The notes: generated by a model not told the origin, from the sequence alone. 64,000 nucleotides of DNA from Desulfatiglandales bacterium (GCA_963667015.2 CAXXJJ010000004.1:128001-192000); one strand, 5' to 3'; counted from the first letter of the stretch, positions 53,048 through 64,000 are shown. Numbers and translations: made by a program.

Positions 53048-54016
53048 TTATATCATATAATCTTTAAACTCACCCTTATCCCTAAAACATACCATGATGC
53101 TCTTTTTTGTGCCTTCATGATTTAATGCAATTTCGGTCTCACCTGATTTTGCATCACTGTATGCAACGGTCATAGATGCTGAGAGCATATCAGTTTCAGG
53201 TGACCTCTTTCCAGAGACATATACGACCGGGCCGGGAATAGTGATGGTATTAAAAAAATAACTTCTTTCACCAACGAGAGACAGTATTGTTTCATTTTCT
53301 TTCATATTTCTGCCAACCACAATCTTCGTGTCAGAGGATATGCGGAAATGTCTTCCAATTTTCAGGAGCTCTACCTCTTTTTTCAGGAGCTCTGAGCTGT
53401 TGTCCATAAGATCTTTCAATCTTCTGCTGAAAATTGGATCGGTTAGAAGGCAGCCGCCGGCAGGGCGGGGATAATCCGTCACATTTAATTTCTTTGCCAG
53501 TGAGATCTGGGGTTTTCTGGAACGACCGGATATATTTAACAGGCTTTTTTCATCAATCCATCCCTTGAGTTCAGGGATGGTTTTCGGCAGGAGTTTTGCC
53601 GAAAGCGGGCGCAGAATAAGACCCTTCATGGAGCTTTCTTTCTCAACTTTTGAAAGGGATACCATGGTCTGTGACATGGGGCGCTGACCGAGCACTTCAC
53701 CGCTTACAATAAAATCTGCATTTTCCTCTTCAAGCATCTCTCCAGCCAGTCTGAGCATAAGTGCATGACAGTCTATACACGGGTTCATATTCCCCCCGAA
53801 ACCATGTTTCGGATTCTTTAATAAGGAAAAATATATTTCCGTGATATCAACAACTTTAATGGGAAGGTTATTATTCCGTGCAGATTCAAGCGCCTTTTCG
53901 GGTGTAAAGAAAGGGGTGGTAAAAAACACAGGCATGACTTCAATTCCGGATTCCCGGACAAGGAGGGCTGCGAGGATGCTGTCCAGCCCCCCGGAAAAAA
54001 TGGAAATTGCCTTCAT
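53048..54016 (-). CDS. ThiI/MnmA-like PP-loop tRNA thiolation protein
   Basis: SGGLDS, NPCIDCH, GEVLGQRPMSQ, PAGGCLLT, GRHFR. Confidence 0.8.
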   Translation of the reverse strand: MKAISIFSGGLDSILAALLVRESGIEVMPVFFTTPFFTPEKALESARNNNLPIKVVDITEIYFSLLKNPKHGFGGNMNPCIDCHALMLRLAGEMLEEENADFIVSGEVLGQRPMSQTMVSLSKVEKESSMKGLILRPLSAKLLPKTIPELKGWIDEKSLLNISGRSRKPQISLAKKLNVTDYPRPAGGCLLTDPIFSRRLKDLMDNSSELLKKEVELLKIGRHFRISSDTKIVVGRNMKENETILSLVGERSYFFNTITIPGPVVYVSGKRSPETDMLSASMTVAYSDAKSGETEIALNHEGTKKSIMVCFRDKGEFKDYMI

Positions 54017-54017
54017 C

Positions 54018-54959
54018 CTATAATCCCAGCTCGGAAAGCTTTTTTACGGTTTCCTCCTGTTTTTTTGTCAGGGTTTTAGGTGTTTCAATATTTACTGATA
54101 CATATGCATCACCGCGGTCTTTGCGGTTCATATGGGGAATGCCATATCCCTTGAGCCTAAATTTAGCGTTATTTTGTGTTCCCGGTGGAATTTTCAGTCG
54201 TAATGTCTTTTTATCAATGGTGGGCACATCAATATCAGTACCAAGTACTGCTTCGGTGAATTTGATATTTTTAGTAAATACAAGATCATCCCCGTCTCTT
54301 TTAAACAGAGGATGCTCTATAACCCTTATCTGGATATAAAGATCGCCAAATGGGCCTCCGTTTATACCCGGATTTCCCTTGCCGGCAAGTCTGAGTTTTT
54401 TACCGGTTGATATGCCGGCCGGAACCTTGACTGATATTTTTTCCTGATTTGAATTATCCCTGTGGTAAGCAATCAGTTTTTCCGAGTTTTCAATAGTATC
54501 TTCAAGGTTGATAGAGAGTTCATAAATAATGTCCTTGCCCTTTACAGGCTGAGGACGACTGTTGTGGCCTCCGAAAGGTCCGTTAAATGGAGACCCACCC
54601 CCCTTGAAGGAATTTCCGCCCATCCCTCCGAAGATATTTCCAAAATTGCCCCGGCCTCTTCCTCCAAAGCCGAATTCACTGAATATACTCCCAAAATCGA
54701 AATCCCGGAAAATATCTTCCTGAGAGAATTTATTCTGGAACCCTTCGGAACCAAACATGTCATATTGCTGCCTTTTTTCCTTATTGCTCAGGACTGCATA
54801 TGCCTCACTCACATCCTTGAACTTGCTTTCGGCTACTTTATCATCCTTATTGCGATCAGGATGGTATTTCATGGCTAGTTTTCGATATGCCTTTTTAATT
54901 TCATCATCTGTTGCAGTTTTCGAAACACCAAGTATTTTGTAATAATCTTTTCCTGACAT
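54018..54959 (-). CDS. DnaJ class B chaperone (CbpA-like, no Zn finger)
   Basis: [13 protein letters not shown]-rich region, DnaJ C-terminal domain; no CxxCxGxG. Confidence 0.9.
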   Translation of the reverse strand: MSGKDYYKILGVSKTATDDEIKKAYRKLAMKYHPDRNKDDKVAESKFKDVSEAYAVLSNKEKRQQYDMFGSEGFQNKFSQEDIFRDFDFGSIFSEFGFGGRGRGNFGNIFGGMGGNSFKGGGSPFNGPFGGHNSRPQPVKGKDIIYELSINLEDTIENSEKLIAYHRDNSNQEKISVKVPAGISTGKKLRLAGKGNPGINGGPFGDLYIQIRVIEHPLFKRDGDDLVFTKNIKFTEAVLGTDIDVPTIDKKTLRLKIPPGTQNNAKFRLKGYGIPHMNRKDRGDAYVSVNIETPKTLTKKQEETVKKLSELGL

Positions 54960-55056
54960 ATTAACCCCGGAATACATAATGAATTAAGCCTATTAGGTGC
55001 TCTAAAATAATCATAATTTTAATTGAGTCAAGTATGATCTGAAATCTCTGAAAATA

Positions 55057-55656
55057 CTATTTTCTCACGGAAGTAAGGCGATACTCAAAAGATACATTTA
55101 TATTAAGTCTTTTTACTGTAATGGAATCAGGGAAAGGAGGGAAGGGTGCCGCCCTCATAATAGTATCAATCCCTTCCTGATCAAGTAATTTAAACCCGGA
55201 TGACCCTGTAATTGCAGCTGTAATAAGCTGTCCATCCCGTGACAGACTGAAGATTGCATGGGATTTCCCTTCCATAAGCTGTTCCTTTGCTTTCCTGGGG
55301 TAGCCCCAGTATTCAGAAAGCCTTTTTTTAAGAAGCCTGGTATAGGAAATGTACCTTTTATCCTTGGTATCAAGGGATATGGTTTCTTCCGAATCTTTAT
55401 TTTCCTCTGTTAATTTTTTAAGGCTGTTTTCCTTTTCCAGTTGTTCCAGCATTTCCGAAGGGATGTCGTCAATAGCATCCCTTATAAGTTCAACTTTGTA
55501 AGTCTTAAGTTCGCTGGTTTGCCACAGTTCAGGCATGACCTGCTGAAAGGCTATAAAAAGAAGAATATGAGAAAAAAAGGATACTCCTAAGGCCACCTTT
55601 CTTATTCGGGAAGCATTAGTCAGGTTATTTGCTGTTTTTATTATTTTGAGATCCAT
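55057..55656 (-). CDS. TonB/TolA C-terminal domain protein
   Basis: N-terminal TM with SxxxH, YP..A...G, SSG..LLD, AAPFPPFP. Confidence 0.8.
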   Translation of the reverse strand: MDLKIIKTANNLTNASRIRKVALGVSFFSHILLFIAFQQVMPELWQTSELKTYKVELIRDAIDDIPSEMLEQLEKENSLKKLTEENKDSEETISLDTKDKRYISYTRLLKKRLSEYWGYPRKAKEQLMEGKSHAIFSLSRDGQLITAAITGSSGFKLLDQEGIDTIMRAAPFPPFPDSITVKRLNINVSFEYRLTSVRK

Positions 55657-56215
55657 TTACCCACAGGTCAATTCTTTTATCAAACCACCATTCCGTATGA
55701 TCGGTCTGAAGAATTTCTTCAACCATTTCTTTTGATTTATCGTTAATAAGCCTTTTTTTTGCAAAGTAGAGCCATTCATCTGCATATTTGTTTCCCAGAT
55801 CCTTCTGCTGCTTGAGTTCAAGGATAAGATCAATCTGATCGGCATCTTTTGCAATAGATGCTTCTATAGAATCTCCCATATTGAATTCTTCAGTAAGATC
55901 TTTTATCTCATCACCAAAGGGAAGTCCGGCAGTCATATGAGAGACTGCCTTTTCTTCATTTACGGTGTTATAGCGCTTATTCACATAATTCTGGTCTCCT
56001 GTTCTTGCCTCATGAAGGTCATGAAAGAGACACATCAGAACTATCTTATCCCGGTCTGCACCCGGGATTTGACCTGCAAGGATATAGCCGATAACTGTCA
56101 TCCTGAAAGAATGATCAGCAACTGATTCACTGCCTGAGCCCAGAAACTGGTAGCCTGTCCGAGGTGTTTTTTTCAGCATGCCCACTTCAAAAAGAAAATT
56201 TGCTATATTTTTCAT
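55625..56215 (-). CDS. HD-domain hydrolase (YfbR/HDDC2-like)
   Basis: LKKTPRTG, ESVADHS, HDLHEARTGD, DADQ. Confidence 0.85.
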   Translation of the reverse strand: MKNIANFLFEVGMLKKTPRTGYQFLGSGSESVADHSFRMTVIGYILAGQIPGADRDKIVLMCLFHDLHEARTGDQNYVNKRYNTVNEEKAVSHMTAGLPFGDEIKDLTEEFNMGDSIEASIAKDADQIDLILELKQQKDLGNKYADEWLYFAKKRLINDKSKEMVEEILQTDHTEWWFDKRIDLWVNGSQNNKNSK

Positions 56216-56363
56216 AATAAACACTCAATATGGAGATGCTTGAAAAATGTCAAGCATCATTTGAGCTTAACTCAACTTGATTTCTAATTAATAAGTATTT
56301 AATGTTTGGGTATTATGCTTATTTTGTAGTATAGACAATAAAAAAATAAATGGTGGTGATTCA

Positions 56364-56876
56364 ATGAGTGATATGCTGACTATATATAAATATCCAGACC
56401 CTGTGCTTAGGGCAAAGGCCCTGCCTATAGAGAATATAGACGGAAAACTCCAGGAATTGATCGATTCAATGACCGAAACTATGTACAAGGCCCCTGGAAT
56501 AGGTTTGGCTGCTCCTCAGGTAGGGGAATCAATTCGGCTTGTAGTATACGATGTTACACCTCCTGAAGAAGGTAATAGGATAAATGTAATTATTAATCCG
56601 GAGATAGTATCTTCCGAAGGTTCAATAGTATATGAAGAAGCATGCCTGAGTGTTTATGATTATTCCGCTGAGGTAACAAGAAATGAAAAAGTGCTGGTAA
56701 AGGCCCTTGATCGGGATGGGAATCCAGTTGAAATAGAGGCGGAGGGATTACATGCTGTATGCCTCCAGCATGAGATCGACCATCTTAATGGAATTCTCTT
56801 TATTGATCATATCAGCACCATAAAAAGATCCCTGTATAAAAAGCGTTTAAAAAAAATTCTCAAAAATAACCAGTAA
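56364..56876 (+). CDS. def: Peptide deformylase
   Basis: GIGLAAPQ, EACLS, QHEIDHLNG. Confidence 0.95.
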   Translation: MSDMLTIYKYPDPVLRAKALPIENIDGKLQELIDSMTETMYKAPGIGLAAPQVGESIRLVVYDVTPPEEGNRINVIINPEIVSSEGSIVYEEACLSVYDYSAEVTRNEKVLVKALDRDGNPVEIEAEGLHAVCLQHEIDHLNGILFIDHISTIKRSLYKKRLKKILKNNQ

Positions 56877-56885
56877 CAGGATATT

Positions 56886-57857
56886 ATGGAACAAAGTAAA
56901 GGTAACCTGTTTCCTCATAATCCGAATATTATCTATATGGGAACCCCGGATTTTGCCGTCCCTGCCCTTAAAAGCCTTTTAAATGAAGGTTACAATATAT
57001 CCGCAGTTGTAACCCAGCCTGATCGGCCAAAGGGAAGAGGGCGCAGCCTGACCTGTTCACCCGTAAAGGAAACTTCTCTTGAATATAATTTGAAGATTCT
57101 TCAGCCTGAGAATGTGAATGAACAGGGTTTTATTGATGAACTTAAAGCCTTGGCGCCCGATCTTTTCATTGTTGCCGCATTTGGACAGATACTTCATCGA
57201 TCTGTCCTTTCGGTACCCGGATATGGAGCTGTAAATATCCACGCATCGCTTTTACCCAGGTACAGGGGGGCAGCTCCCATACAGTGGGCCATACTGGATA
57301 ATGAACCTTTAACAGGCATAACTATTATGAAAATGGCAAGAGGGCTCGATAAGGGGCCCATCCTCCTCATGGATGAGGTAGCCATAAGAGAGAATGAAAC
57401 AGCCGGGCAGTTGTTTGACAGGCTGGCAGATATCTCGGGGGATGTGATAGTTAAGTTTCTTAAAGAGTCCGCAGGAAAGGAACTGGTTGGAGTTCCTCAG
57501 GATGATGCAAAGGCATCCTATGCCTCAAAGATTACAAAAGAGATGGCAGAGATAGATTGGAGCCGTGATGCCTTAAAGATTGCATCGCTCATAAGGGCCA
57601 TGGATCCTTTACCCGGAGCGGCTACGAACCTCGGTGGAAAAAAAATAAAACTGTTTTCACCGATTGTAACTGATAGTGAGGCAATCCATGAAAAACCAGG
57701 GAGGGTCATAACAGAAGATAAAAGCAGTTTTGTCGTTGAAACAGGCAAAGGCACAATAGCGATAGGAGAGATTCAGCTTCCCGGTAAAAAAAGGATATCA
57801 ATATCTGATTTCCTCCGGGGAAACAGGATTGAAAAAGATACGATGCTCAGGAGTTAA
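56886..57857 (+). CDS. fmt: Methionyl-tRNA formyltransferase
   Basis: MGTPDFA, TQPDRP.GRG, NIHASLLPRYRGAAP. Confidence 0.96.
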   Translation: MEQSKGNLFPHNPNIIYMGTPDFAVPALKSLLNEGYNISAVVTQPDRPKGRGRSLTCSPVKETSLEYNLKILQPENVNEQGFIDELKALAPDLFIVAAFGQILHRSVLSVPGYGAVNIHASLLPRYRGAAPIQWAILDNEPLTGITIMKMARGLDKGPILLMDEVAIRENETAGQLFDRLADISGDVIVKFLKESAGKELVGVPQDDAKASYASKITKEMAEIDWSRDALKIASLIRAMDPLPGAATNLGGKKIKLFSPIVTDSEAIHEKPGRVITEDKSSFVVETGKGTIAIGEIQLPGKKRISISDFLRGNRIEKDTMLRS

Positions 57858-57921
57858 TTATTGTCCCCGGGTAATCTTTTAGACTGTTAGACCAGTAAAC
57901 CGGACATATATCAGGCATAAC

Positions 57922-58698
57922 ATGGATACAAGTGAAGACAGAAACAGCAGAACGCGTGACAGAAACAGATTTATACTGCTTCTGCTATTGACCTGTGCAG
58001 CCCTTACAGGATCAGCGGTCCTACTTTGGTGGATACCATATGTCGGTTTCAGGAACATTCATCCTAAACTGCCGGCCGTTATGGCAGTGGTCTTTGCCTT
58101 TGGTGTACTGTTTTTGATCGGTGGAGGTTTTACCCTCATATTCACCATATTAAGAGGAAAAAACCTGTTCTTTAATAGACGTATACGGGGTGTTGTGATC
58201 AGGTTTTTATTCCCAATGCTGGTGGTTATGGGAAAACTTATAGGGATCAAAAAGGACCAGGTAAGGAGATCCTTCATTGAAATTAATAACCAGCTTGTTT
58301 TAAATGAGGCAAAAAAGGTAAGGCCCGAAAGGCTACTCATCCTGCTTCCCCATTGCCTTCAGTTTCATGAATGCCGCGTAAGGATTACGGGCAATATTGA
58401 AAACTGTAAAAAGTGCGGTAAATGCAAGATTAAGGATCTGGTAGATCTTATGGAAAAATACAACGTGCCGATCTCTGTGGCTACAGGCGGAACACTTGCA
58501 AGAAGGATAGTTGTTGAAAAAAAACCTCATATAATAATCGGAGTGGCATGTGAAAGGGATCTTACAAGCGGCATTCAGGACAGCTTTCCCATTCCGGTCT
58601 ATGGAATACTGAACAGAAGACCGTTTGGACCATGCTTTGATACTGATATTGACATAGAGAAGGTTGAAAAGGCCGTAAGGGTGTTTCTTGGGAATTAA
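57922..58698 (+). CDS. DUF116-family membrane protein
   Basis: LLPHCLQ, CKKCGKC, ATGGT, VACERDL; usual position between fmt and rsmB. Confidence 0.8.
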   Translation: MDTSEDRNSRTRDRNRFILLLLLTCAALTGSAVLLWWIPYVGFRNIHPKLPAVMAVVFAFGVLFLIGGGFTLIFTILRGKNLFFNRRIRGVVIRFLFPMLVVMGKLIGIKKDQVRRSFIEINNQLVLNEAKKVRPERLLILLPHCLQFHECRVRITGNIENCKKCGKCKIKDLVDLMEKYNVPISVATGGTLARRIVVEKKPHIIIGVACERDLTSGIQDSFPIPVYGILNRRPFGPCFDTDIDIEKVEKAVRVFLGN

Positions 58699-60055
58699 AG
58701 AGGACAAACCAAGGGAGCTTGCCCTTAAGACACTTGTTGATCTTGATAAATCCGAATCCTATACCGGAAATTATCTTGAGGATATATTCAGGGACAATAC
58801 AGGGTTTGACGAGAGAGACAGGGCCTTTATCAGCAACCTTATTCAGGGTGTTGTACGCTGGAGGCTCCGGCTTGATTGGATAATCGGTCAGTTCTCAAAA
58901 ACACCTGTAAAAAAGATTGACCGGACAATACTCAATATACTTCGTCTTGCCGTGTATCAGATAATGTTTCTTGACAGGGTTCCGGATTCAGCCGCAGTGG
59001 ATAGGGCTGTTGAGCAGGTAAAGGCGCAAAAGGGACATCAGCACATTGTTTCCTTTGTTAATGGTGTATTAAGAAATATATGCCGCAACGAAGACAGCAT
59101 CACCTTTCCCGGAAAGGCCAAGGCACCTGTAAAATATCTAAGCACCTATTACTCATTTCCTTTATGGCTTGCCGAGCGGTGTCTTGATGAATTCGGCAGA
59201 GATATTACCGAAGCATTGTTTAATGCCCAGAATCAATTTCCACACCTCAATATCCGTGCAAACAGGCTAAAGACTGACAGGGATACGCTGATAAAAACGC
59301 TTGAGGATGAAGGGATAAATGGAATACCCGGAGAGTATTCACCAGAATGCATTATTCTTACCAGCTTCAGCGGAAGGATAGAAAGGCTTTCATCCTTTAA
59401 AAAAGGTCTTTTTCAGGTGCAGGATCAGGCTGCACAAACAGTATCATGGCTGCTGAATCCCCAGCCTGATGAGGAGATCCTTGATGTATGCGCAGGCCTC
59501 GGAGGAAAGACAACCCATCTGCAGGAACTCATGGGCGGAAGAGGAAAAGTGACCGCCCTTGATACGGATAAAAAGAGACTTACAGGGCTAAAGGAATCTG
59601 CACGAAGACTTGGCCTGTCAGGCATCAGGACCGTGACAGCAGATGCAGCCTCATCTCTTTCGACTGTACTTGGGCAGACATATGACAGGGTGCTTGTTGA
59701 TGCCCCGTGCAGCGGCCTGGGCACCATTGCAAGGCATCCCGATATTAAGTGGAACAGGATGGAGCCGGATGTAAAGAGGATATCAAGGCTTCAGAAAAAG
59801 ATACTTGAGAATTCAGCCGGAGTTGTAAAAAAGGGAGGACTTCTCCTGTATGCCGTATGTACCTATACAAGAGAAGAAAACAGGACAGTCGTTGATAATT
59901 TCCTGACGAGGTCCGGGGAATTCTCTCTGGTAAATCTTAAAGAAAAAATACCTGAATGGGCGGCAAACCTTATTGACAATGACGGCTTTTTCAGGTCTTA
60001 TCCTCACCAGCATAAAATGGACGGGTTTTTCGCGGCCCTCCTTGAAAAGAAATAA
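58688..60055 (+). CDS. rsmB: 16S rRNA m5C967 methyltransferase (start uncertain)
   Basis: NusB-like N-terminus, VQD, DVCAGLGGKT, DAPCSG, HPD, CT, DGFF. Confidence 0.93.
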   Translation: MGIKEDKPRELALKTLVDLDKSESYTGNYLEDIFRDNTGFDERDRAFISNLIQGVVRWRLRLDWIIGQFSKTPVKKIDRTILNILRLAVYQIMFLDRVPDSAAVDRAVEQVKAQKGHQHIVSFVNGVLRNICRNEDSITFPGKAKAPVKYLSTYYSFPLWLAERCLDEFGRDITEALFNAQNQFPHLNIRANRLKTDRDTLIKTLEDEGINGIPGEYSPECIILTSFSGRIERLSSFKKGLFQVQDQAAQTVSWLLNPQPDEEILDVCAGLGGKTTHLQELMGGRGKVTALDTDKKRLTGLKESARRLGLSGIRTVTADAASSLSTVLGQTYDRVLVDAPCSGLGTIARHPDIKWNRMEPDVKRISRLQKKILENSAGVVKKGGLLLYAVCTYTREENRTVVDNFLTRSGEFSLVNLKEKIPEWAANLIDNDGFFRSYPHQHKMDGFFAALLEKK

Positions 60056-60076
60056 TAATCTGTAAGGAGAAAATAA

Positions 60077-60733
60077 ATGGGAAAAATAGCGCCATCAATA
60101 TTGTCAGCCGATTTCGCACGACTGGGAGAAGAAGTAACGGCCGTGGAAAAAGCGGGTGCTGATTATATTCATATAGATGTCATGGATGGGCATTTTGTCC
60201 CCAATATCACAATTGGTCCGTTGGTAGTTGAGGGAGTAAAAAAGGTTACCTCCCTTCCTCTTGATGTGCATCTTATGATCGCGAATCCTGATCAATATAT
60301 TAACGACTTTGCAAAGGCCGGGGCCGATATAATAACAGTGCATGTAGAGGCGGTTAATCACCTTCACAGATCCATCCAGCTGATACGGGATGCCGGGTGT
60401 AAAACCGCTGTATCCCTTAATCCGGCTACGCCTCTTGAATCAATAGAATATGTGATGGATGATCTTGATATGGTCCTTATTATGACTGTTAATCCCGGTT
60501 TTGGCGGTCAGAAGTTTATTTTCGAGATGCTTCCCAAGATAAAAAGACTCAGGGAAATGATAGTCTCCAGAGGCCTTTACATAGATATAGAGGTTGATGG
60601 AGGTGTTAATTCAAAGACAATAGGGGAAGTATCTGCTGCAGGTGCAAATATCTTTGTTGCAGGTTCTGCAGTCTTTAATGCAGATGATTATGCAGAGGCA
60701 ATAAGGTGTATCAGGGAAGGAATGATCGAATAA
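60077..60733 (+). CDS. rpe: Ribulose-phosphate 3-epimerase
   Basis: [36 protein letters not shown]. Confidence 0.97.
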   Translation: MGKIAPSILSADFARLGEEVTAVEKAGADYIHIDVMDGHFVPNITIGPLVVEGVKKVTSLPLDVHLMIANPDQYINDFAKAGADIITVHVEAVNHLHRSIQLIRDAGCKTAVSLNPATPLESIEYVMDDLDMVLIMTVNPGFGGQKFIFEMLPKIKRLREMIVSRGLYIDIEVDGGVNSKTIGEVSAAGANIFVAGSAVFNADDYAEAIRCIREGMIE

Positions 60734-60826
60734 TACTATTTTAATAAAAAACGGGTAAAAAAAGTTCATTTTACCCTTGATATTTTTCGGGTGTGCAATT
60801 ATTATACGCAACTTAAAAGTTTTCAA

Positions 60827-60920
60827 GGAGAGATGGCCGAGTCGGCTGAAGGCGCGCGCCTGCTAAGCGTGTGTAGGGTTTAAAGCCCTACCGAGGGTTC
60901 GAATCCCTCTCTCTCCGCCA
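60827..60920 (+). tRNA. tRNA-Ser(GCT)
   Basis: GGAGAGA acceptor stem, anticodon loop CT-GCT-AA, long variable arm, GGTTCGAATCC, encoded CCA. Confidence 0.95.
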
Positions 60921-60929
60921 TAAAAAAAC

Positions 60930-60971
60930 AACGGGTTAATTGATTAGATTATTTTCAATTAACCCGTTTTT
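60930..60971. terminator. Bidirectional terminator
   Basis: AACGGGTTAATTGA...TCAATTAACCCGTT with A and T tracts. Confidence 0.75.
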
Positions 60972-60995
60972 ATTTTCAGTGATTTATATAAACTA

Positions 60996-61670
60996 TTAAT
61001 AGTATGTAGATCTTTTTTTGGCCTGTCTTCCCAGTATTGACCCTATTATCAGGCCAAACAGTAGAACCACTGCACCGGTGCCGAACCAGAGGTAGCCTTG
61101 TGATTTTTTAATAGATTCATTTTCCTCTTGAACCTCATTCAATTCTTCCTCGGTTGCCTTCAATTTTATAAGATTTTCGTCATATTCCGCTTTTAGAGTT
61201 AAATATTCAGAAGATGCACTTTTAAGTGATTCATATTCCTTCTTTAAAGATGTTAACTCGCTATTGGTTTGATTATATTGGGCAGTAATATCTTTTTTAT
61301 CCTTTTCAGTAGATACCTGGTCTTTATTGAGTCTTGAGAGGCTTTCCTTGAGTTTCTGGTTTTCATCCGAAAGGGTTTTAGCCTGAGTTTCATATGGAAC
61401 CCTCTCCATCAGATATTGATTGAGAACCCAGCCTTCCAACTCTGCACCGTTACTCATGATTGCCCTAACATGACTCCATTTTTCCTGTTCTTCCAGTATA
61501 TCCAGTGCCTGGCCGGAACTCAGTATCCTTAAGATCTTGTTATCTGTGCTTGGTCCGGTCCTCAGGGTTATTGTAAATGTATCCGACACATACAGCCTGT
61601 CGGATGCCATAGATTGTGATGTAAAATAAAATATCATAAGAAACACAATAATGAATTTCAATTTTTTCAT
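60996..61670 (-). CDS. SH3-domain protein (YgiM/TIGR04211-like)
   Basis: Signal peptide, YVSD...LRTGP, EGWV, coiled coil, C-terminal TM WFGTGAVVLLFG. Confidence 0.85.
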   Translation of the reverse strand: MKKLKFIIVFLMIFYFTSQSMASDRLYVSDTFTITLRTGPSTDNKILRILSSGQALDILEEQEKWSHVRAIMSNGAELEGWVLNQYLMERVPYETQAKTLSDENQKLKESLSRLNKDQVSTEKDKKDITAQYNQTNSELTSLKKEYESLKSASSEYLTLKAEYDENLIKLKATEEELNEVQEENESIKKSQGYLWFGTGAVVLLFGLIIGSILGRQAKKRSTYY

Positions 61671-61926
61671 ATATATTTCCTTTATATAGGATTGATAACT
61701 ACTTAACGTTTGTGGATTCAAAAGTGGACATTTGCTACAAATACCAATATTCCACTGTACCTGTCAAGGAGAGTAATAGGCTGATTTAGGACTTGTATTT
61801 AATATTAATTTTCTGTGGATATAGGGTTTATCGTTACTGATATAGCTGACTAATTCACACGTTTATTTAAAATATCAATCTAAAAAGAGCCTCTGAAAGA
61901 GGCGGCATATTCATAAAACATGTTTT

Positions 61927-62415
61927 TCATTTTCCACAGCATTTTTTATATTTTTTACCGCTTCCGCATGGGCAAGGTTCATTTCTACCTACCTTGGGCG
62001 CTTCACGTTTTACCTGCTTAGGTTTGGGTACAATACCATCCATAAAAATCCATTTTCCGTCAATTTTTTCAAATGAGGCAAGCTCATGATGCCGAACTTC
62101 CTGGTTATCCTGTTTAAAGCGGGCAATAAATTCTACCGTCCCCTTATCATCAGCAGGGCTTCCGTCAACAGTTTCAATTATCTCAAGTCCCTGCCACTCG
62201 GAATTACTTGACCAGTCGGTTGTTTCTTCATGGTTGAAATCCCTTTGCTGATCAGGTGAAACAGTATTGTAAAGATAATCAACCTCTGTCTTTACAAAGG
62301 CACTGTACCGGGCTCTCATCAATGATTCTGCTGTATCAGCATCCTTAAGACCTTGAATAAGGGGCTGACAGCACTCATCATAGGATTTATCACTGCCGCA
62401 GGGACATTTTTCCAT
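61927..62415 (-). CDS. YchJ-family SEC-C motif protein
   Basis: CPCGS...[39 protein letters not shown]. Confidence 0.9.
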   Translation of the reverse strand: MEKCPCGSDKSYDECCQPLIQGLKDADTAESLMRARYSAFVKTEVDYLYNTVSPDQQRDFNHEETTDWSSNSEWQGLEIIETVDGSPADDKGTVEFIARFKQDNQEVRHHELASFEKIDGKWIFMDGIVPKPKQVKREAPKVGRNEPCPCGSGKKYKKCCGK

Positions 62416-62573
62416 ATTATATTTCTCCTGAATAAAATTGGTTATGAACACTGTTTTAAATAATGCGATGGTATCTATAATAGGTATGAATAATTTATGT
62501 CAAGGAAAAGAATGATAAATTTATTGCTTGATATTTTGTTTTAATCGTAATATATGATGCTCCAAAACCTTAT

Positions 62574-62659
62574 GGAGGAATGGCCGAGTGGTTTAAGGCG
62601 GCGGTCTTGAAAACCGTTGAACGAAAGTTCCGTGGGTTCGAATCCTACTTCCTCCGCCA
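62574..62659 (+). tRNA. tRNA-Ser(TGA)
   Basis: GGAGGAA acceptor stem, anticodon loop CT-TGA-AA, variable arm, GGTTCGAATCC, encoded CCA. Confidence 0.95.
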
Positions 62660-62695
62660 CTTCAAAATTATTTAACTTCCCTTTAATAGATAAAA

Positions 62696-63571
62696 TCACC
62701 TTACCAGTTCTACATCATCAGAAGCCACCCAGCAGGTGCGTGAATCTGAGAGTTCAACTTGGTACCAGTCACCCCGGTCTTCAATGAGCGTAAATTCGGT
62801 TCCTGCATGAATGGGGTCTTTAAAGCTGGGTTCATAGGTCTCGCTGTTCCCCTTTCTTGCGGTTGTTTCTGAGCTTATTATTACACCCGGTCTTATCTTT
62901 TTAAGAATATATTCCTCTGCTATAAGCGAACCTGAAAACAGGATGGAGATCACGGCTGAAGCGGTTATACACCAGAACAGAAACGGTCTCTTAAAAAATA
63001 TTCGAAAACCGGCAGATATCCATACAACTGCAAAGAATATTGTAAACAGCATTATCCTGGTTTTCACCGAAAGGTCATAATGCCAGAAAAACAGGGTCTT
63101 CAATACCTTTGTTTCCTGTTTTTCATCTATTTTATCTATACGTTTTTCTCTTGCATACTTAAGATTCTGTTTCAGGTTGCTGTCGTTTGGTATGTACTGT
63201 TCTGCGCGGCGGTAGTTGAGTATTGCTCTGCCTATATCATTCATTCTGAAATAGATATTACCTAGGTTGTAATATATCATGCCGTTTCTTATGCCGCCTT
63301 CCTTAATAAGACGCTCATAACGCATGGCAGATTTTTTATAGAGAGACATGGCCTCATCTGGGGTTACCGATTTACTGTTTGCCTGTCTGAATAATTCCTT
63401 TGCCTGACTGTAGAGGTCCGATATTGCGGTTTCGTCAAGCTCCTCTGCATTTAATTTACTGCTTGCTGCCCCGGATAAAAGGACGGCGCAGATAATAAGT
63501 ATCCATATAGAGGAAGAGATATTTATTTTCATTAATTTCTTCATTATGAATCTGACTACTATCTCTGCCAT
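62696..63571 (-). CDS. BatE-like TPR + TM + SH3 protein (start uncertain)
   Basis: YYNLGNIYFR...GRAILNYRRA...P.D TPR, two TM segments, C-terminal SH3-like domain. Confidence 0.8.
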   Translation of the reverse strand: MAEIVVRFIMKKLMKINISSSIWILIICAVLLSGAASSKLNAEELDETAISDLYSQAKELFRQANSKSVTPDEAMSLYKKSAMRYERLIKEGGIRNGMIYYNLGNIYFRMNDIGRAILNYRRAEQYIPNDSNLKQNLKYAREKRIDKIDEKQETKVLKTLFFWHYDLSVKTRIMLFTIFFAVVWISAGFRIFFKRPFLFWCITASAVISILFSGSLIAEEYILKKIRPGVIISSETTARKGNSETYEPSFKDPIHAGTEFTLIEDRGDWYQVELSDSRTCWVASDDVELVR

Positions 63572-63572
63572 T

Positions 63573-64000
63573 TTATTTAAGCCTCTTTTCAAGATCAGCC
63601 GCGATACCTGCAGCCCTGTTGATAAGTGAAGAACTGTCCTTAAAGGTGATATTCCCCGCATATCTTCCGGCCTCACAGGATCCAAACAGTTCCTTTAATT
63701 TTTCTATAATATCCTGGTCAATCCCGAATGATTCAAGTCTTTGCCTTGCATCGCTAAAGGTGATTGCACCACCTGAAGGCAGGCGCAGCTTGACACCAAG
63801 ATACTCCCGAAAGATATCCAGAACCATCTCGCAGGCCCGGTCCGGAGAAGCGCTTTCAGTGTCCTTCAGGGCCTTCTGAAGCCTTCCGAATGCCTTTCTT
63901 GATAATACCTTTTGAGGGTCATCATTCCTTTTTCTATTAATGGTAATACCGGCAAAAAGGATTAAAAAAAGCAAGGGCGTGCCAAAAACGAGAAATGGCC
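63573..64000 (-). CDS. BatD-like protein C-terminus (5' truncated by window)
   Basis: TM segment followed by a helical tail (...CEAGRYA...), directly upstream of the BatE-like gene. Confidence 0.6.
   Translation of the reverse strand, partial: PFLVFGTPLLFLILFAGITINRKRNDDPQKVLSRKAFGRLQKALKDTESASPDRACEMVLDIFREYLGVKLRLPSGGAITFSDARQRLESFGIDQDIIEKLKELFGSCEAGRYAGNITFKDSSSLINRAAGIAADLEKRLK

Noticed and set aside
60827..62659. Possible integrated element between the two tRNA-Ser genes
   Set aside because: No integrase and no duplicated att fragment; the intervening genes (SH3, YchJ) are ordinary chromosomal genes.
96..63879. Many antisense or alternate-frame ORFs in the ORF track (e.g. 257-658, 1052-1462, 27900-28403, 29239-29682)
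   Set aside because: They shadow well-supported genes and carry no recognisable motifs.

Overview
Gene-dense, AT-rich chromosomal window from an anaerobic bacterium; gene content suggests Desulfobacterota (inference). Housekeeping genes: leuCD-ilvBN-ilvC, djlA, dinB, rpiB, glgA, pyk, pfk, hcp, metG, uvrA, pdxA, gpmI, a 2-oxoacid:ferredoxin oxidoreductase operon, def-fmt-rsmB-rpe, two tRNA-Ser and batD/E-like genes. The standout is a candidate sigma-54 signalling circuit at 40.9-47.3 kb. An NtrC-family regulator is divergent from an acyltransferase, a soluble V4R-GAF histidine kinase and an enolase-superfamily enzyme. These are followed by a sigma-54 promoter and a candidate ~88-nt sRNA with an anti-Shine-Dalgarno loop. 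The same tandem 18-bp palindrome, (T/A)GCACA-N6-TGTGCA, with flanking sigma-54 promoters recurs at 30.7 kb between comEA and a cNMP-binding gene, which suggests a quorum-sensing-like regulon. Also notable: a fused CdaA-CdaR diadenylate cyclase in an osmolyte/glycolysis operon, a degenerate cyclase-like/TPR protein, three paralogous orphan cupins, tandem NrdR-like boxes before a kinase operon, and a probable PP2C pseudophosphatase. No CRISPR array, integrase or transposase was seen. All calls come from reading motifs by eye; no searches were run.
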